Assembly: GCA_002269645.1 (NCBI GenBank)
Contig: NIVC01002063.1
Location: 62,001-126,000, forward strand
Origin: Macrostomum lignano
Lineage: Eukaryota
Direction of reading: 5' to 3'
Length of the DNA: 64,000 nucleotides
The notes under the pieces were generated by a model. It saw only the letters and a program-made list of their open reading frames with translations. It was not told where the DNA came from and did no database searches. How positions within the stretch are numbered: position 1 is the stretch's first letter; the number at the start of each line of letters is the position of its first letter. A program made the translations under genes and the position numbers. Below, piece after piece: positions 48,326-61,700 of this stretch.

Positions 48326-51300
48326 ATGGGCGGTCGCTACTCGCACCTGCCAGCAGCTCCGGCCTGCCTGCAGAGCCGCTACTTCTGTCTGACATTCCGA
48401 GCGCCAGACAGGATCAGCCTGATCGCCAGCAGCCAGGACACTCTGGAACTGATTCGGTCAGCCATTGCTGAAGCCTACAAACCCGGCATCCGGTTTGAAT
48501 ACGACGACCACGGCTCGTGGAGCATCATCCTGGCCGGCTGTCCGTTCAAAATTGGTTCCAGTCGAAGCGAGGCAATCGCTGGCAAACTGGCTGGCATTGC
48601 AATTCTGCGCAGGTTGCTCAGCAGAGGCTGGCGAGCCGTTGTGAGCTCCGATCTCTGCCGGTCAAATGATTTAGGCACCTGGTTCTTTTCCCGAACTGAA
48701 CCAGGTGTAGACTTTGCCGATGAGAGCGACAGAACCAGCTCCATCTGCTGCTTGGCCTTGTCAAGCAGCGATCGACTCCAGCTGATCGGTTTCCCGGCCA
48801 GTTTAACACCCAGAGTAGTCGATCGCATCCGTCAGGAGTGGAGCTGCGGTGTGCAGCGCGGACCCGAGGCTGTGTGCAATGGACAGGCTGTGGAATTGAA
48901 ATTGCACGGAAATCCATGGTTAGCAACTAACTTATTGTGGAGCTGCTGTGTCCGATTTCAGCTTAGATAAAGTACAGATGAATTAGGGCAGCAGTATGAG
49001 ATGAGGGTTCTAGCTGTGTGACACTAGAGAGTCTCAGCTGTGTGACACTAGAGAGTCCCAGCTGTGTGACACTAGAGAGTCCCAGCTGTGTGACACTAGA
49101 GAGTCCCAGATGTGTGACACTAGAGAGTCCTAGCTGTGTGACACTAGAGAGTCTCAGCTGCGTGACACTAGAGAGTCCCAGATGTGTGACACTAGAGAGT
49201 CCCAGCTGTGTGACAGTTGAGAGTCCCAGCTGTGTGACATTTGAGAGAGTTCCAGCTGTGTGACAGTGGAGAGTCCCAGCTGTGTGACACTAGAGAGTCT
49301 CAGCTGTGTGACACTAGAGAGTCCCAGCTGTGTGACACTAGAGAGTCCCAGCTGTGTGACACTAGAGAGTCCCAGATGTGTGACACTAGAGAGTCCTAGC
49401 TGTGTGACACTAGAGAGTCTCAGCTGCGTGACACTAGAGAGTCCCAGCTGTGTGACAGTTGAGAGTCCCAGCTGTGTGACATTTGAGAGAGTTCCAGCTG
49501 TGTGACAGTGGAGAGTCCCAGCTGTGTGACACTAGAGAGTCTCAGCTGTGTGACACTAGAGAGTCCCAGATGTGTGACACTAGAGAGTCCCAGCTGTGTG
49601 ACACTAGAGAGTCCCAGCTGTGTGACACTAGTGAGTCCCAGCTGTGTGACACTAGAGAGTCCCAGATGTGTGACACTAGAGAGTCCCAGATGTGTGGCAC
49701 TAGAGAGTCCCAGATGTGTGACACTAGAGAGTCCCAGCTGTGTGACACTAGAGTCCCAGATGTGTGACACTAGAGAGTCCCAGATGTGTGACACTAGAGA
49801 GTCCCAGCTGTGTGACACTAGTGAGTCCCAGCTGTGTGACACTAGAGAGTCCCAGATGTGTGACACTAGAGAGTCCCAGATGTGTGACACTAGAGAGTCC
49901 CAGATGTGTGACACTAGAGAGTCCCAGATGTGTGACACTAGAGAGTCCCAGCTGTGTGACACTAGAGAGTCCCAGCTGTGTGACACTAGAGAGTCCCAGC
50001 TGTGTGACACTAGAGAGTCCCAGCTGTGTGACACTAGAGAGTCCCAGCTGTGTGACACTAGAGAGTCCCAGCTGTGTGACACTAGAGAGTCCCAGCTGTG
50101 TGACACTAGAGAGTCCCAGCTGTGTGACACTAGAGAGTCCCAGATGTGTGACACTAGAGAGTCCCAGCTGTGTGACAGTGGAGAGTCCCAGCTGTGTGAC
50201 ACTAGAGAGTCCCAGATGTGTGACACTAGAGAGTCCCAGATGTGTGACACTAGAGAGTCCCAGATGTGTGACACTAGAGAGTCCCAGATGTGTGACACTA
50301 GAGAGTCCCAGATGTGTGACACTAGAGAGTCCCAGCTGTGTGACACTAGAGAGTCCCAGCTGTGTGACACTAGAGAGTCCCAGCTGTGTGACACTAGAGA
50401 GTCTCAGCTGTGTGACACTAGAGAGTCCCAGCTGTGTGACACTAGAGAGTCCCAGCTGTGTGACACTAGAGAGTCCCAGATGTGTGACACTAGAGAGTCC
50501 CAGATGTGTGACACTAGAGAGTCCCAGATGTGTGACACTAGAGAGTCCCAGCTGTGTGACACTAGAGAGTCCCAGATGTGTGACATTTGAGAGAGTCCCA
50601 GATGTGTGACACTAGAGAGTCCCAGCTGTGTGACACTAGAGAGTCCCAGCTGTGTGACACTAGAGAGTCCCAGCTGTGTGACACTAGAGAGTCCCAGCTG
50701 TGTGACACTAGAGAGTCCCAGCTGTGTGACACTAGAGAGTCCCAGCTGTGTGACACTAGAGAGTCCCAGCTGTGTGACACTAGAGAGTCCCAGCTGTGTG
50801 ACACTAGAGAGTCCCAGCTGTGTGACACTAGAGAGTCCCAGCTGTGTGACACTAGAGAGTCCCAGCTGTGTGACACTAGAGAGTCCCAGCTGTGTGACAC
50901 TAGAGAGTCCCAGCTGTGTGACACTAGAGAGTCCCAGCTGTGTGACACTAGAGAGTCCCAGCTGTGTGACACTAGAGAGTCCCAGCTGTGTGACACTAGA
51001 GAGTCCCAGCTGTGTGACACTAGAGAGTCCCAGATGTGTGACACTAAAGAGTCCCAGCTGTGTGACACTAGAGAGTCCCAGCTGTGTGACACTAGAGAGT
51101 CCCAGCTGTGTGACACTAGAGAGTCCCAGCTGTGTGACACTAGAGAGTCCCAGCTGTGTGACACTAGAGAGTCCCAGATGTGTGACACTAAAGAGTCCCA
51201 GCTGTGTGACACTAGAGAGTCCCAGCTGTGTGACACTAGAGAGTCCCAGCTGTGTGACACTAGAGAGTCCCAGCTGTGTGACACTAGAGAGTCCCAGCTG

Positions 51301-53482
51301 TGTGACACTAGAGAGTCCCAGATGTGTGACACTAAAGAGTCCCAGCTGTGTGACACTAGAGAGTCCCAGCTGTGTGACACTAGAGAGTCCCAGCTGTGTG
51401 ACACTAGAGAGTCCTAGCTGTGTGACACTAGAGAGTCCCAGCTGTGTGACACTAGAGAGTCCCAGCTGTGTGACGCTAGAGAGTCCTAGCTGTGTGACTA
51501 TATAGCCAGCCATCTTACTCAGAGCCTCAACCTGACCACTAAATTTCAAGGCTGGCTTCCGAGCAGGAAGCGGTGGATGCCCGGCAAATGCTTCTTGCCA
51601 TTGTTCGCGAGATGCACAGGTGGGGTTGCCGGCTGTACCTGTCTAGCAGTCTGAAGGATACAACCGACAGTTTGTTCTTTCTGTGCCCACGGCGACTCAA
51701 GCCGCCAGTTGAGCAGCTGCTGGCTACCGAGATGTTCGTGCTCAGCCTCAACAGGCGTGATCGGTTGAGACTGATGGGCACTTCGGAGCAGTCAGAGGTT
51801 GAAGACAAAGACTGCAACCAACTGATGGACGTCATTAGAGAGTGTGTGCTGAACTACTGGCCTAAGGGTGAGTCTACGATCGATATTGATTGGGATATTT
51901 ATGTAATTCTTTTCTTTAAATACTTTGTCTAGAAGATCAGATTTTAATTGGCTGAAAATCTTATGTGAATTTTAGGAAGATTAATTGGGTTGGGCGATAT
52001 TCTCATAAGCGATCTTATAGATCATCTCATAGGAGATTTCAGATCTCATAGTTAATCTTATAGCCAACCTGATTGGAAATCTTACAGGTGATCTCATAGC
52101 AAATCTCACAGGTGGTCTCATAGAAAATCTCATAACAAATCTCACAGGTGGTCTCATAGCAAATCTCATAGCAAATCTCACAGGTGGTCTCATAGCAAAT
52201 CTCACAGGTGGTCTCATAGCAAATCTCACAGGTGGTCTCATAGCAAATCTCACAGGTGGTCTCATAGCAAATCTCACAGGTGGTCTCATAGCAAATCTCA
52301 CAGGTGGTCTCATAGCAAATCTCACAGGTGGTCTCATAGCAAATCTCATAGCAAATCTCATAGCAAATCTAACGCACTAACACCGCAGGGCTCCGTCAAG
52401 AGCGCGACTGGTACGGAGCTCGAGAACTGCACCTGACCGGCTCGCCCTGGTGGACCGAAGGCTCCGACTCGGTGCACAGCCGCCTTCTGATCACCCTGCT
52501 GCTGCAGCGACTTCGCCAAATCGGCTGGCGAGTTGTCGAAACTGTCGACGTTTGTCGCCGACTGAGCGACAAGTCGATTCTGCTGTTCGAGAGGTCGCCG
52601 CCCAGATCGACGCTGCACTGCTGCATATCATTGAACGGCACCTCCTTGTTGCGGTTCATCAACGCTCCGGAGGACGTCGTATCGACGATGCAGCAGGTTG
52701 TGTCCGACAACTATGCCAGGGGAATTAAAAGCGAGAAGATTTACGCCGGCTATCATCAGGTAACCGTTTCTGTAACTGTCTGTATTGGTTTCTGTAATTG
52801 TCTATCATTTTTCTGTAATTGTCTGTCATGGTTTCTGTATTTGTCTGTAATGGTTTCTGTAATTGCCTGTTATAGTTTCTGTAATTGTCTGTAATGGTTT
52901 CTGTAATTGTCTGTATTGGTTTCTGTAATTGTCTGTATTGGTTTCTGTAACTGTCTGTCATGGTTTCTGTAATTGTCTGTCATGGTTTCTGTAACTGTCT
53001 GTATTGGTTTCTGTAATTTTCTGTAATGGTTTCTGTAATTGTCTGTAAACGTTTCTGTAATTTTTCGTAATCCTGTCTGTAAATGTCTTCAATCGCCTCT
53101 GTAATTGTCTGTAAACGTTTCTGTAATTTTTCGTAATCCTGTCTGTAAATGTCTTCAATCGCCTCTGTAATCGTCTGTTACCATGTCTGCAATTGTCTGT
53201 AATATTCTGTAACCGTCACTTCACCTCTCTCACTCGCTTCTCACCACCCGGCAGATTCACCTCCGAGGGCAGCCCTGGTCGGCCTTCAGCGGCAACGATC
53301 ACATGCACGGCCGACACCTCATGCTGGCCGTGCTCAGCGCCATGCGCCAGGACCTCGGCTGGTCTCTGGTCTGCTCTGCCGATGTGTCCGCGAAGTACCA
53401 CCACTCGGACAGCGGGCAGGACTATCCACTGGACGTTCACAGCTGGTGGTTTTGCTGCACCCGCGGCCAGCTTAGGGAATAA
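48326..53482 (+). CDS. Uncharacterised protein made of four tandem ~130-aa repeats
   Basis: Phase-compatible exons 48326-48918, 51551-51867, 52389-52759 and 53255-53482 (TAA). The recurrent motif is (L/I)SLxxxDRLRL...W..G...ELxLxGxPW...GWxxVxSxD...FF. No family was recognised with certainty. Confidence 0.8.
49012..51498. repeat. 2.5-kb minisatellite, 24-bp unit (TGTGTGACACTAGAGAGTCCCAGC)
   Basis: Directly visible; source of the [16 protein letters not shown] ORFs. Confidence 0.97.
52000..52370. repeat. Minisatellite, 24-bp unit (ATCTCACAGGTGGTCTCATAGCAA)
   Basis: Directly visible. Confidence 0.9.
52765..53205. repeat. Degenerate TCTGTAA-rich minisatellite
   Basis: TTGTCTGTAATGGTTTCTGTAA-like units. 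Confidence 0.85.
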
Positions 53483-53559
53483 CTGCGTTGGTTAGGGTCG
53501 GATTTTGGCGAGTTAGAGTTGGTCCCGAATTCCCACGGATGAGCTGGGATCAAGACACT

Positions 53560-54557
53560 TTTACCTGGTCACTGATCATTTCTGAAGATATTTTACCTGG
53601 TCACTGATCATTTCTGAAGATTTTACCTGGTCACTGATCATTTCTGAAGATTCTACCTGGTCACTGATCATTTCTGGAGATTCTACCTGGTCACTGATCA
53701 TTTCTGAAGATTCTACCTGGTCACTGATCATTTCTGGAGATTCTACCTGGTCACTGATTATGTCTGGAGGTCACTGATCATTTCTGGAGATTCTACCTGG
53801 TCACTGATTATGTCTGGAGGTCACTGATCATTTCTGGAGATTCTACCTGGTCACTGATCATTTCTGGAGATTCTACCTGGTCACTGATCATTTCTGGAGA
53901 TTCTACCTGGTCACTGATCATTTCTGAAGATTCTACCTGGTCACTGATCATTTCTTGAGATTTTACCTGTTCACTGATCATTTCTGGAGATTTTACCTGG
54001 TCACTGATCATTTCTGAAGATTCTACCTGGTCACTGATCATTTCTGAAGATTCTACCTGGTCACTGATCATTTCTGGAGATTCTACCTGGTCACTGATTA
54101 TGTCTGGAGGTCACTGATCATTTCTGGAGATTCTACCTGGTCACTGATTATGTCTGGAGGTCACTGATCATTTCTGGAGATTCTACCTGGTCACTGATCA
54201 TTTCTGGAGATTCTACCTGGTCACTGATCATTTCTGGAGATTCTACCTGGTCACTGATCATTTCTTGAGATTTTACCTGTTCACTGATCATTTCTGGAGA
54301 TTTTACCTGTTCACTGATCATTTCTGAAGATTCTACCTGGTCACTGATTATGTCTGGAGGTCACTGATCATTTCTGGAGATTCTACCTGGTCACTGATCA
54401 TTTCTTGAGATTCTACCTGGTCACTGATCATTTCTGGAGATTCTACCTGGTCACTGATCATTTCTTGAGATTCTACCTGGTCACTGATCATTTCTGGAGA
54501 TTCTACCTGGTCACTGATCATTTCTGGAGATTCTACCTGGTCACTGATCATTTCTGA
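53560..54557. repeat. Minisatellite, 30-bp unit (TTCTACCTGGTCACTGATCATTTCTGGAGA)
   Basis: Directly visible. Confidence 0.95.
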
Positions 54558-55196
54558 TTAAGTCTTACTCTAAACGATATAGTCACTTTGTCGTTTTTAC
54601 GTGAGTAAAGCCTTTTTAATGGCGCAGGTAATTATTAATATTAAAATGTTTAAAGAGATTATTTTAGTAACAAGTATTGATAATATGTATTGATGTAAAA
54701 TCATTTTTGCTTGAACCAATATTTTATTCAAATTTGAGGCTTTTTTCTTTCGCTTTAGCAAAACAAATCGAGAACGGATTATTATTTTTACTATTTTCAC
54801 TTCAGAATTTCCACCCTTATTCCGAATGGCATATAGATGCAAGGTTTTGTTTTAAAACAATTTTTATAATTTTGTTCTGACATAATAAAATGTTGTTTTC
54901 TTTTATCAGTTTGCTTTCTTCTGGATTTTTCAATTTTTAACAATATTTTTTTCTGCTTTTATGGCAACCGTATTTATGCTTTATTAGCTTTTGCTGCTCT
55001 GCACTGCACTTTAAAATATATAATCAACGCAATTTCAATCTTAGCTAGCATAGCGTTATAACAAAATGTATTTAGTGGCTGAAATTTTGGTTAATATATT
55101 TTAAATTGCTTTTTTCTTCATCGCAAACCCGAGTGTTTTTTCTTGTTTATTTATTTACTTGGTTTAATAGGTATTTACGCGTTGTTATGACAATGT

Positions 55197-55580
55197 GAAA
55201 CTCACTCAAAAACTCACTCATGAACTCACTCATGAACTCACTCATAAACTCACTCACGAACTCACTAAAAAACTCACTCATGAACTCACTCATGAACTCA
55301 CTCATGAGCTCACTCATGAACTCACTCATAAACTCACTCATGAACTCACTCATAAACTCACTCATGAACTCACTTAAAAACTCACTCATGAACTCACTCA
55401 TAAACTCACTCATAAACTCACTCATGAGCTCACTCATAAACTCACTCATAAAATCACTCATAAAATCACTCATAAACTCACTCATGAACTCACCCATAAA
55501 CTCACTCATAAACTTAACTCATGAACTCACTCATGAACTCATAAACTCACTCATAAACTCACCCATGAACTCAGTCATGA
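55197..55580. repeat. Minisatellite, 12-bp unit (ACTCACTCATGA)
   Basis: Directly visible. Confidence 0.92.
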
Positions 55581-55732
55581 ATTGAGTTTAGCGCAACAAT
55601 ACTAGCAGGATAAATCTAACAATTATTGAATACTACAGATTCATAGTTTATTATCCTGATTCTCCTCCGCATTTCCTAGAAAGCACTGCCCGCAACGCCG
55701 TACTGATCGTACAAGCATCTCAGTCGACGTAC

Positions 55733-58700
55733 ATGGCGTCAGCGGAGGCCGGCAGTCCTCGGTCGCCAATTCGCCTGGGCCTATGCGCCATGGCCAAGAA
55801 GGCCAAGTCGAAACCCATGACTGCCATTCTCACTCGATTGAGCAGGAAATTTGGACATATTCGAATACTGGTATTCGAAGAGCGCGATATTCTTGAGCAA
55901 CCGGTTGAGGCTTGGCCAGTTGTGGATGCCCTGATATCGTTCTATTCTCACGGCTTCCCGCTGGAGAAGGTGGCTCAGTATGCGGAACTGAGAAAACCAT
56001 TTCTGGTCAACGATTTGATATCGCAGCGACTGCTCATGAATAGGCAGAAGGTATGATTGTTGTCAATTGAGGGTCTAATCGATTGATTGTTTGATTGATT
56101 GATTGATTGACTGATGACTGACTGACTGACTGATTGATTGACTTTTGATTGGTTGATTGACTGACTGACTGACTGACTGATTGATTGATTGATTGATTGA
56201 TTGTTTAACTGACTGACAGACTGATTGATTGATTGATTGATTGATTGGTTGTTTGATTTACTGATTGATTGATTAGTTGATTTGGATTATCAATTGGTTA
56301 GAATTATCGATCGGTTGAATTATCGATTGGTTGAATTATCGATTGGTTGAATTATCGATTGTTTGAATTATCGATTGGTTGAATAAATTACTGATTGGTT
56401 TCAGTTATCGATTAGTTGAATTATTGATTGGTTCGTTAGATGGTTAATTGATTGATTTATTGATTGGTTGATACCCCAAACTCCACTCACAGCGACAGAA
56501 ACCCCGAGACCGCAGATTAGCAATCCTATCATGTAAAAGTACCTCAAAAATTCCCTTCAACAGGTGTACGAACGACTTCGCGAACGGGAAATCCCAGTCG
56601 TTCGCTACGCCGTCTGTCATCGAGGCGACGCCGGCGACGATGACGCTCTATTGGAAGCCGAAGATCACATCGTACTAAACGGCGTCACCTTCAACAAGCC
56701 GTTTGTTGAGAAGCCGCTGGACGCGGACGATCACAATATTCGAATTTATTTTCCCAGCACGGCTGGCGGCGGCTCCGTCCGGCTGTTCCGCAAGGTGGGC
56801 AACTGCAGCAGCGTCTACCATCAGCAGGAGAGCCGCGTGCGGCGGCTGGGCAGCTTCGTGTATGAGGAGTTCATGGCTACGGATGGCGCTGACATCAAGG
56901 TAATGCGTCTGTGTGCCTGTCTGTGTGTCCGGCTGTGTGTCTTCCTGTGTGTCTGCGTGTCTGGCTGTGTGTCCGGCTGTGTCTGTGTGTCTTCCTGTGT
57001 GTCTGTGTGTCTTCCTGTGCGTCTGTGTGCCTGTCTGTGTGTCCGGCTGTGTCTGTGTGTCTGTGTGTCTTCCTGTGTGTCCGTGTGTCCGACTGTGTGT
57101 CTGTGTGTCTTCCTGTGTGTCTGTGTGTCTTCCTGTGTGTCTGTGTGTCTGCCTGTGTGTCTGTGTGTTTGCCTGTGTGACTGTCTGTGTCTGGCTGTGT
57201 GTCTGTGTGTCTTCCTGTGTGTCTGTGTGTCTTCCTGTGTGTCTGTGTGTCTTCCTGTGTGTCTGTGTGTCTGACTGTGTGTCTGTGTGTCTGGCTGTGT
57301 GTCTGTGTGTCTTCCTGTGTGTCTGTGTGTCTGCCTGTGTGACTGTATGTGTGATTCTGTGTGCCTGTCTGTGGGTCTGCCTGTATGTCTGTGTGTCTGG
57401 CTGTGTGTCTGTGTGTCTTCCTGTGTGTCTGTGTGTCTGGCTGTGTTGTCTGTGTGTTTGCCTGTGTGACTGTCTGTGTCTTCCTGTGTGACTGTCTATG
57501 TGTGATTCTGTGTGCCTGAGTGTCTGGCTGTGTCTGTGAATCTGTGTGTCCTTTTGTCTGCCTGTCTGTGTCTGTATTTGTGCCTGTAATTGTGTCTCTG
57601 TGTCTGTGTACGTGCCAAATCCGTTGGTCTATCTTAAGTATCTGTCTCTCTGTCGATCTGTACCAGCTTATTAAGGCAGCAATTTGGAGTTACGCTAATG
57701 CTAGCATTTCGCGTCTGGAAAAGTCTCGGCTATTGACGCAAAGCATATAGCATACATGGAGTGGTTTCCGGTTCTTTGCAACTATATAGGCATGTATCGA
57801 CTTTGAATAACATCAGTTACTACTGCAGTGTGTATAGAACTATGAATTATATGCATATAATTTTGTTTAGGAGTGTTCGCCTGATTTTATTGACCCACCT
57901 GACAGTAGTGCTTAGGAGGGGTGTTTAAGCTCTTCTGGATAAGCCCCACCTCAGGTAAATAAAAGCACCACTTGCAGTTAAAACCTAAATCCGCTAGGTA
58001 ATTGCGAGCCAAGATAAACAATTGCCACTCAACGATTTTTGAACTAGAAAACGGTTCCCATGTAGAAAATTCGAAGGTTAATTGTCCCCAAACCCCAAAC
58101 CCAGGTGAGAGAGTCAAGATAATTACCGTTCCCCAAATCCCAACTCCAGGTGAGAGAGTCAAGATAATTACCGTTCCCCAAATCCCAACTCCAGGTGAGA
58201 GAGTCAAGATAATTACAACACCCAAACTCCAGGTGAGATAGTCAAGATAATTACCAGCTCCCCAAACCCCAGCGCCAGGTGAGAGAGTCAAGATACCGTT
58301 CCCTAAACCCCAAACCCAGGTGAGAAAGTCAAGATAATTACGGCACCACAAACCCCAACTCCAGGTGAGAGAGTCAAGATAATTACCGTTCCCCAAACCC
58401 CAACTCCAGGTGAGAAAGTCAAGATAATTATCAGCTCCCCAAACCTAAATCCAGGTAAGAGAGTCAAGATAATTACGGCACCACAAACCCCAACTCCAGG
58501 TGAGAGAGTCAAGATAATTACCAGCTCCCCGAACCCCAACTCCAGGTGAGAGAGTCAAGAAAATTACCAGCTCCCCGAACCCCAACTCCAGGTGAGAGAG
58601 TCAAGATAATTACCAGCTCCCCGAACCCCAACGCCAGGTGAGAGAGTCAAGATAATTACGGCTCCCCGAACCCCAACTCCAGGTGAGAAAGCTGAGATAA

Positions 58701-61700
58701 TTACCGCATTCAAAACTAAGTAACAGAGCCAAGGCAGCTGACGTATAAAACACGTAGGTTTAAAAGTAAAACACCCTCTCCTAAACGCTGCCCCATCCCT
58801 CCTAAAAATCTGCAGGTATACGCAATCGGAGGTGACTATGCTCATGCCGAAGCTCGGAAGTCGCCCGCCCTGGACGGCAAGGTGGAGCGCGACCCGGAGG
58901 GCAAGGAGATGCGCTGCCCGGTGATTCTCACCGCTCGAGAAAAAATCATCGCCAAAAAAGTTGTGGAAGCCTTCAACCAGACTGTGTGCGGCTTCGACCT
59001 GCTCCGCGCCAATGGAGTCTCGTACGTCTGCGACGTTAACGGCTTCAGCTTCGTGAAGAGCTCGGAGAAGTACTACGACGACTGCGCCTTCATCTTGGCC
59101 ACCCTGCTCACCCAGGCCATTGCGCCGTCTCTGTCCCTGTCAGTCAGCTGTCCCAGCATGGACCGGCCTCCGCTGGTTCGAACCACCTTCGGCACCGTGA
59201 TGGAGCTGCGCTGTCTAATTGCCGTCATTAGGCACAGCGACCGGACTTCCAAGCAGAAGCTGAAAATGCCTGTCTATGGCAAAGAGTTTTATCGACTGTT
59301 CAACCGGCACAGAGGCGACGGAGGTCGCCGATTTGAGGCCAAGCTGAAGAAGCCAGCGGCTCTGCAGGAACTGCTCAATGCTGCCAGGAGCATCCTGATG
59401 CAGGCTGGCCACGATGGCGACGGGTTCAAGGAGTCGCCGAAGGAGGACAGATCTAGTATTGAGCAGGTGAGCAACCGAAGGGTGAGGGCCAGTCTCGAAG
59501 GTGCGCACCTAAAGAAAAGAAAGTCAAAGAGCCATTGTACACCCTGTGTGAGCGTATGCGTGCAGATCAGCCAAGCAGACACCTGTAACCGGGGGAGAAC
59601 CCATTAGCTAATCAGACACCTGTAACCGGGGAAAACCCATTAGCTAATCAGACACCTGTAACCGGGGAAAACCCATTAGCTAATCAGACACCTGTAACCG
59701 GGGGAGAACCCATTAGCTAATCAGACACCTGTAACCGGGGAGAACCCAGTAGCTAATCAGACACCTGTAACCGGTAAAAACCCAAGTAGCTAATCAGACA
59801 CCTGTAACCGGGGAAAACCCAGGTAGCTAATCAGACACCTGTAACCGGGGAAAACCCAGGTAGCTAATCAGACACCTGTAACCGGGGGAAAACCCAGGTA
59901 GCTAATCAGACACCTGTAACCGGGGAATTCCCAGTAGCTAAGCAGTCACCTGCAACCGGGGAAAACCCATTAGCTAAACAGTCACCTGTAACCGGGGAAA
60001 TGAAAGTAGCTAAGCAGTCACCTGTAACCGGGGAAAACCCAGTAGCTAATCAGACACCTGTAACCGGGGGAAAACCCAGTAGCTAATCAGACACCTGTTA
60101 ACCGGGTGAACCGAGTAATCACCCCAGAAGCCTAAATCCCACCATTCCCACCTGTCAGGTTCGCCAGGTGCTGGAAATGCACGGCAGATTTCGGGGCATC
60201 AATCGCAAAGCGCAACTAAAATTCGCTCCGCGAGGCGGTCAAGGCGCCGCTTTGGCGCCGGGCGCCGAGGTTGGCGCCGAAGACGGCGACCTGCTGCTTG
60301 TGCTCAAGTGGGGCGGCGCCCTGACAGAGGAGGGCCGCGCGCAGGCCGAGAAGCTGGGGAGAGCGTTCAGGTGAGTGGCTTAACTCTAATCTCACCTAAT
60401 CTAATCTCACCTAATCTAGTCTCACCAATCTAATCTCACCCAGCCTAATCTCACAAATTCTAATCTCACCCGATCTGATCTCAATCAATCTAATCTCAAA
60501 CATTCTAATATCAAACATTCTAATCTCACCCATTCTAATCTCACACATTATAATCTCACGCATTCTAATCCCACCCAATTTAATCTCACTCAATCTAATC
60601 TTACCCCATCTAATCTCAAACATTCTAATCTCACCCATTCTAATCTCACCCAGTCTAATCTCACAAATTATAATCTCACCCGATCTGATCTCAATCAATC
60701 TAATCTCACCTAATCTAGTCTCACCCATTCTAATCTCACCCCATTCCAATCTCACCCCATTCTAATCTCACAAATTCCTATCTTATGTAATCTTTATCTC
60801 TTCTAATCCGTTCTCGTCGAATCTATTCATCTAATATCTTCTCCCTTATTTACTTGTTATCGTTTTCCATCCAAAAAACTATATTTTTACAACTCTTCTT
60901 TTGTCAATACGTGGCTTAGCTGATCAAAGCAATGTCGTTCTGCTTGCAGAACACGGCTGCGACTCTTTCACTAAGAAAGCGTCAAGTATTTTAGTTTCCC
61001 TTACAAAAGTACAAAATCCCGCTGTAGATTATAAGATGCTATATAAATACAGACATATTGAAGTAACAGTAGGTAGGTAGGGCTTAGGGAATTCAGTCTT
61101 ATCCTAAAGCCCAAAAAGCCCTTGGCCTTAATCAAGAACGCTTCTAATCTCTTTCTCCCCCTTGAATTATAGGGGGATGAGAAAGAAGTGACTTATAGCC
61201 ATCAGATCCTGGCTCGATCTGAGTCAGTCCACTTGGGATTCTATTTCCTGAGAATCCGATTGCTACAGCAACGTGATATATCTTGAAGTATATCTTCAAG
61301 TGTGATGAATATTTCTATATGGAATTCACAATTAGATTCCCAGTTCAAATTTAAAGAACTCAACGTTAAAAATCCCAAATCTTGAGTTCTCAATTCTCAA
61401 ACACTGAGAAATCCCAAATCTTGAGTTCTCAATTCTCAAACACTGAGAAATCCCAAATCTTGAGTTCTCTATTCTCAAACACTGAGAAATCCCAAATCTT
61501 GAGTTCTCAATTCTCAAACACTGAGAAATCCCAAATCTTGAGTTCTCAACTCTAAAACGCTGAGAAATCCCAAATCTTGATATCTCAACTCTAAAACACT
61601 GAGAAATCCCAAATCTTGATATCTCAACTCTAAAACACTGAGAAATCCCAAATCTTGAGTTCTCAACTCTAAAACACTGAAAAATCCCAAATCTTGATAT

